Shown here: piece by piece, positions 61,069 to 64,000 of the stretch | How the letters are laid out: each line of letters starts with the position of its first letter | How positions within the stretch are numbered: the stretch's first letter is position 1 | NCBI GenBank assembly: GCA_964565425.1 | Contig: CAZMEZ010000002.1 | Location: 13,953 to 77,952 of the forward strand | Origin: an uncultured Planctomycetia bacterium | GTDB lineage: Bacteria > Omnitrophota > Gorgyraeia > Tantalellales > Tantalellaceae | Reading direction: 5' to 3' | DNA: 64,000 bases | Notes under the pieces: generated by a model | The model's database searches: none | What the model was told of the DNA's origin: nothing | Seen by the model: only the letters and a program-made list of their open reading frames with translations | Position numbers and translations under genes: made by a program

Positions 61069-61953
61069 TTGAGATGTAAGTCAAATATCATGGAAAAAGG
61101 GATAATGACACAGGGAATAGGTATCAGGAAGGATCTGTTCACGATAAAGACCTTCATATATATCTTTCTCGTGGCCGGAGCGGTTACGATGGTGATCCCG
61201 TATCTCTGGATGTTCGTAACGTCAATAAAGCCGCTGGAAGAGATACAATCTTATCCGCCCGGTTTTATAGTAAAGAATCCCACGCTGGAGCCGTACAGGG
61301 ACCTTTTCAGGATGATACCCATGATGCGGTATCTTTTTAACAGTCTTTTCGTGGCCGGGTCCGTAACGCTTTTCAACGTCTTCGCTACGTCATTGGCGGG
61401 TTACGCCTTCGCGAAACACGAGTTCTGGGGCAGGGATAAGCTGTTCTTTATATTTCTGGGATCCCTCATGATACCGTGGCAGGTCAACATAATTCCGGGG
61501 TTCGTTATAGTGAAGAAGCTCGGATGGCTGAACACCTACAGGGGGCTCATAATACCATCCATGGCGTGGTGCGCTTTCGGTATATTCCTTAGCCGGCAAT
61601 ATATATACAGTATTCCCGATGATCTTATCGACGCGGCCAGGATAGACGGATGCAGCGAGTTCATGATATACCGCAAAGTGATATTGCCGATCATAAAACC
61701 CGTTCTCGCGACGCTCGCGATCTTTACTTTTTTGCAGCAATGGAACAACTTTGTATGGCCGTTGGTGATCATCCATACCAGCGAGATGAGGACGATCCCG
61801 CTGGCGCTCGCGGTCCTGAGCGGACAGTTCGGCGTCAAGTTCAACATGATCATGGCGGGAGCGGTGATAGCGACATTGCCGATGATCGTGGTTTATATCT
61901 TATTTCAGAAATATATTATAAAGGGTGTCGCGTTAACGTGGCTTAAGGGGTGA
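61069..61953 (+). CDS. Carbohydrate ABC transporter permease, MalG/UgpE family. Start ambiguous: ATGs at 61,069, 61,090 and 61,105
   Basis: EAA loop DDLIDAARIDGCSEFMIYRKVILPIIKPVLATLAIFTF and typical MalG topology. Follows permease 1 after 28 bp. Confidence 0.85.
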   Translation: MRCKSNIMEKGIMTQGIGIRKDLFTIKTFIYIFLVAGAVTMVIPYLWMFVTSIKPLEEIQSYPPGFIVKNPTLEPYRDLFRMIPMMRYLFNSLFVAGSVTLFNVFATSLAGYAFAKHEFWGRDKLFFIFLGSLMIPWQVNIIPGFVIVKKLGWLNTYRGLIIPSMAWCAFGIFLSRQYIYSIPDDLIDAARIDGCSEFMIYRKVILPIIKPVLATLAIFTFLQQWNNFVWPLVIIHTSEMRTIPLALAVLSGQFGVKFNMIMAGAVIATLPMIVVYILFQKYIIKGVALTWLKG

Positions 61954-62002
61954 CGAGTGACGGGTGGCGCGTGACGGGTTACTGTAAAATAGAAAGGGTA
62001 AA

Positions 62003-63601
62003 ATGAAAAAAGCGATCGCGATATATTTGGCATGTATTTTAGGTGTTTTTACGATCTCCGGATGCGGCATGAAGGTAGAAGAGAAGGCCGAGGTAGAGGA
62101 GATAGGGCCGGTCGGGGTGGCGGAAGGCGAACCCATGGTATATCTCAAGGCTGTCGCGGCCGAGGTTTCGAGTTTTGACAAGACACCTGACTGGGCGCCC
62201 GAACCGAACCCGATGGCGCCCGCGGACGGGGACATGCTTACACGCTGGTCCAGCGATTACACCGAAGGTGACCAGTGGATATATTTTGACCTGGGCAAGC
62301 GGCGTACGGTAAGTGACGTTATAATAAGATGGGAGAGGGCCTACGCGACCAAATACCAGATCCTCGCGTCCGACGATGCCGAGAACTGGACCGTGGTCTA
62401 TGACGAGGAGAACAGCCAGGGCGGGGCGGTCGAATCGGTCTTCCCCCCCGTTAAATGCCGTTACGTGATGATCCTGGGCAAGGAGAGGGTCAACGAGGAT
62501 TGGGGCATATCCATATGGGAGGTCGAGCTATACGGGCCGCGGGCCAATAACCCGGATGTCGTGATGACCAAAGAAACATACCTCAGCAAGGGGGATGACG
62601 CCGGCAAAAAAGAAGAAGTGAAGCAACTCCTCGCGAAGCTTGCGGCAAAGCCCGTCCCGATAAAGAATAAGGAATTCCAGAAAGGCGTGGTTTATACCTC
62701 CTGGATGGCGGACGAACTTTCGATGCCGTCGTCCGACCTTACGCTCGCGTATCTGAAAGAGATCGGGTTCGACACCGTAGCCATAATGGTCCCCGCTTAC
62801 CAGGATGACCTCGATTCCAAGGAGGTCTTTACGAACGACAGGCCCGGCGGAGATACTCCGACCGACGAGGCGCTTATCCACTCTATAAAAACGTGCCATA
62901 GCATCGGCCTGAGGGTCGTTTTAAAGCCGCATGTCGACCCGAGAACGGACGAGGCGAGGATAAACATAATGCCTTCCGATGAGTGGTTCGATAGCTACGA
63001 GAAATTTGCCGTGAGGTACGCTCGCATGGCCGGGGAGCACGATGTGGAGATATATTCTATAGGGACGGAGCTTGAAGCGACCACCTTTTCAGCATGGGCG
63101 CATAGATGGGATCAGGTCATCGAAAAGGTAAAAGAGGTCTATGGAGGATTATTGACGTATTCCGCCAACTGGACGGAGTACAAGGAAGTCCCGTTCTGGG
63201 ACAAAATGGATTTCATAGGCCTGGATGCTTATTTTCCGCTCGCGGAAGTGAATGAACCTGCGCCGGAGGACCTGGTGCTTGCGTGGGAGGCGTTAGCTGA
63301 TGAGATAGAGAAGTGGCTGGGTGAAAGGGGTCTGGCCGGCAAGGGGGTCCTTCTCACGGAAATAGGTTATCCCTCGGCGGACGGCGCCGCCCGTCAGCCC
63401 TGGGTGGCCATATCGGACGCGGAAGACCAGGAGGAGCAGGCCGACTGTCTCAGGGCCACTTTCGAGGTGCTTTCAAAGCGCCCGTGGTTCAAGGGATATT
63501 ACATATGGCAGTATTTCCCGCAGGACAGGTGGAGTCCTCTCGGGTTCACCGTGAAGGGGAAGAAAGCGGAAGAAGTAATAAAGGAATGGCTGAAGAAGTA
63601 G
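62003..63601 (+). CDS. Lipoprotein: F5/8-type-C (discoidin/CBM32-like) domain fused to a clan GH-A (GH5/26/113-like) TIM-barrel glycoside hydrolase
   Basis: Lipobox MKKAIAIYLACILGVFTISGC. Discoidin-like MLTRWSSDYTEGDQWIYFDLGKRRTVSDVIIRWERAYATKYQILASDDAENWTVVY. Glycosidase-like IGTELEAT (acid/base Glu) and LLTEIGYPS (nucleophile Glu). Confidence 0.75.
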   Translation: MKKAIAIYLACILGVFTISGCGMKVEEKAEVEEIGPVGVAEGEPMVYLKAVAAEVSSFDKTPDWAPEPNPMAPADGDMLTRWSSDYTEGDQWIYFDLGKRRTVSDVIIRWERAYATKYQILASDDAENWTVVYDEENSQGGAVESVFPPVKCRYVMILGKERVNEDWGISIWEVELYGPRANNPDVVMTKETYLSKGDDAGKKEEVKQLLAKLAAKPVPIKNKEFQKGVVYTSWMADELSMPSSDLTLAYLKEIGFDTVAIMVPAYQDDLDSKEVFTNDRPGGDTPTDEALIHSIKTCHSIGLRVVLKPHVDPRTDEARINIMPSDEWFDSYEKFAVRYARMAGEHDVEIYSIGTELEATTFSAWAHRWDQVIEKVKEVYGGLLTYSANWTEYKEVPFWDKMDFIGLDAYFPLAEVNEPAPEDLVLAWEALADEIEKWLGERGLAGKGVLLTEIGYPSADGAARQPWVAISDAEDQEEQADCLRATFEVLSKRPWFKGYYIWQYFPQDRWSPLGFTVKGKKAEEVIKEWLKK

Positions 63602-63608
63602 GAGTGCA

Positions 63609-63645
63609 CCCCCGCTGTTTTGCGGGACAAAACATAGCGCGGGGG
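63609..63645 (+). terminator. Putative terminator hairpin after the lipoprotein gene
   Basis: cccccgc/gcggggg outer stem and tgttttg/caaaaca inner stem with a small bulge, 8 nt after the stop, followed by ttaatt. No clean U-run. Confidence 0.35.
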
Positions 63646-63657
63646 TTAATTCGCACA

Positions 63658-63689
63658 GATCACTTAGCTTGCTTCGCCGCGCTAAGTGA
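63658..63689. repeat. Perfect 10-bp inverted repeat atcacttagc ...12 nt... gctaagtgat
   Basis: Read directly. Located between the terminator-like hairpin and the SD aaaggagg of the next gene, so either a second terminator or an operator. Confidence 0.6.
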
Positions 63690-63717
63690 TGTGCTCATTA
63701 AAAGGAGGATGGTAGAT

Positions 63718-64000
63718 ATGAAGAGAGTAGTATTAGTGTTGGCGGTATTGGGTCTTGTGTTAGCGGGGACTGTTGCAGGCGCCGAAGATTCGACCGTTCT
63801 TTTTGATTTTGAGAACGGGCTCCAGGGATGGGAGATCCCGGACTGGGCGTACGAGAAGCCGGATCACGTCCAGAAAGAGATCGCTCCTTCCAGTAATTTC
63901 GCCTCGGAAGGCAACCAGAGCCTCGAGATCGATGCCGAGTTCCCGGGAGGAAGATGGACCGGCGCCATAATCGAGATCATGCAGTATTTCGACTGGACCG
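63718..64000 (+). CDS. Secreted protein, 5' portion only (runs off the window); possible carbohydrate-binding beta-sandwich
   Basis: Strong SD aaaggagg 8 nt upstream of the ATG at 63,718. Signal peptide MKRVVLVLAVLGLVLAGTVAGA, then EDSTVLFDFENGLQGWEIPDWAYEK...SLEIDAEFPGGRWTGAI. Confidence 0.65.
   Translation, partial: MKRVVLVLAVLGLVLAGTVAGAEDSTVLFDFENGLQGWEIPDWAYEKPDHVQKEIAPSSNFASEGNQSLEIDAEFPGGRWTGAIIEIMQYFDWT

Noticed and set aside
739-64000. CRISPR array or tRNA/ncRNA genes
   Set aside because: The only repeats found are short in-frame tandem repeats without spacers. The intergenic regions (32,977-33,323; 51,003-51,224; 59,898-60,131; 63,602-63,717) contain no cloverleaf-compatible sequence.

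Overview
This 64-kb window is an entirely plus-strand coding block on a high-GC backbone (about 58-62% GC in the large genes). Three consecutive giant genes dominate it. ORF1 (nt 1-32,976) encodes at least 10,981 aa and is very probably truncated at its 5' end by the window edge. ORF2 (33,324-51,002) encodes 5,892 aa. ORF3 (51,225-59,897) encodes 2,891 aa. The translated sequences read as mosaic, membrane-anchored assemblies of domains that normally sit on separate proteins.

ORF1 carries a SecA-like translocase ATPase with a duplicated PPXD-like module, followed directly by a ~440-aa polytopic membrane domain. Further on it has TolC/outer-membrane-factor-like helix-strand repeats, a YwqK/MORN-like beta-hairpin array, a duplicated helical module and further transmembrane clusters.

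ORF2 has an N-terminal membrane anchor plus a ~520-aa domain shared with ORF3 (TraB/GumN-like?). It also carries a class-I SAM-methyltransferase-like fold, an HExxH motif, an SLT-type lytic-transglycosylase motif, an HD-like segment, duplicated TM-hairpin modules and a clear pyruvate-phosphate-dikinase/PEP-synthase-like ATP-grasp plus phospho-His swivel module.

ORF3 fuses the same N-terminal domain to an NDP-sugar pyrophosphorylase with a left-handed beta-helix, a complete phosphoglucomutase/phosphomannomutase domain and type-I phosphomannose-isomerase-like cupins. Together these would be a fused GDP-mannose-type sugar-nucleotide pathway.

ORF1 and ORF2 end in a shared C-terminal motif. ORF2 and ORF3 are each preceded by an identical 15-nt element 29-30 nt upstream of a TATAAT box. 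Rho-independent terminators follow ORF1 and ORF3.

Downstream lie two sugar-ABC permease genes (MalF/MalG-like, noticeably lower GC), a lipoprotein with an F5/8-type-C (CBM32-like) domain fused to a clan GH-A glycosidase, and the start of a secreted protein. All long minus-strand ORFs sit antisense inside the giant genes and are treated as high-GC artefacts.

The overall picture resembles the giant-gene loci reported from Omnitrophota-type metagenomic genomes. That is an inference from memory of the literature, not a search result. The domain combination seen here (SecA motor + channel + OMF-like elements + PG-lytic + phosphotransferase + sugar-nucleotide synthesis) is the main item worth follow-up.
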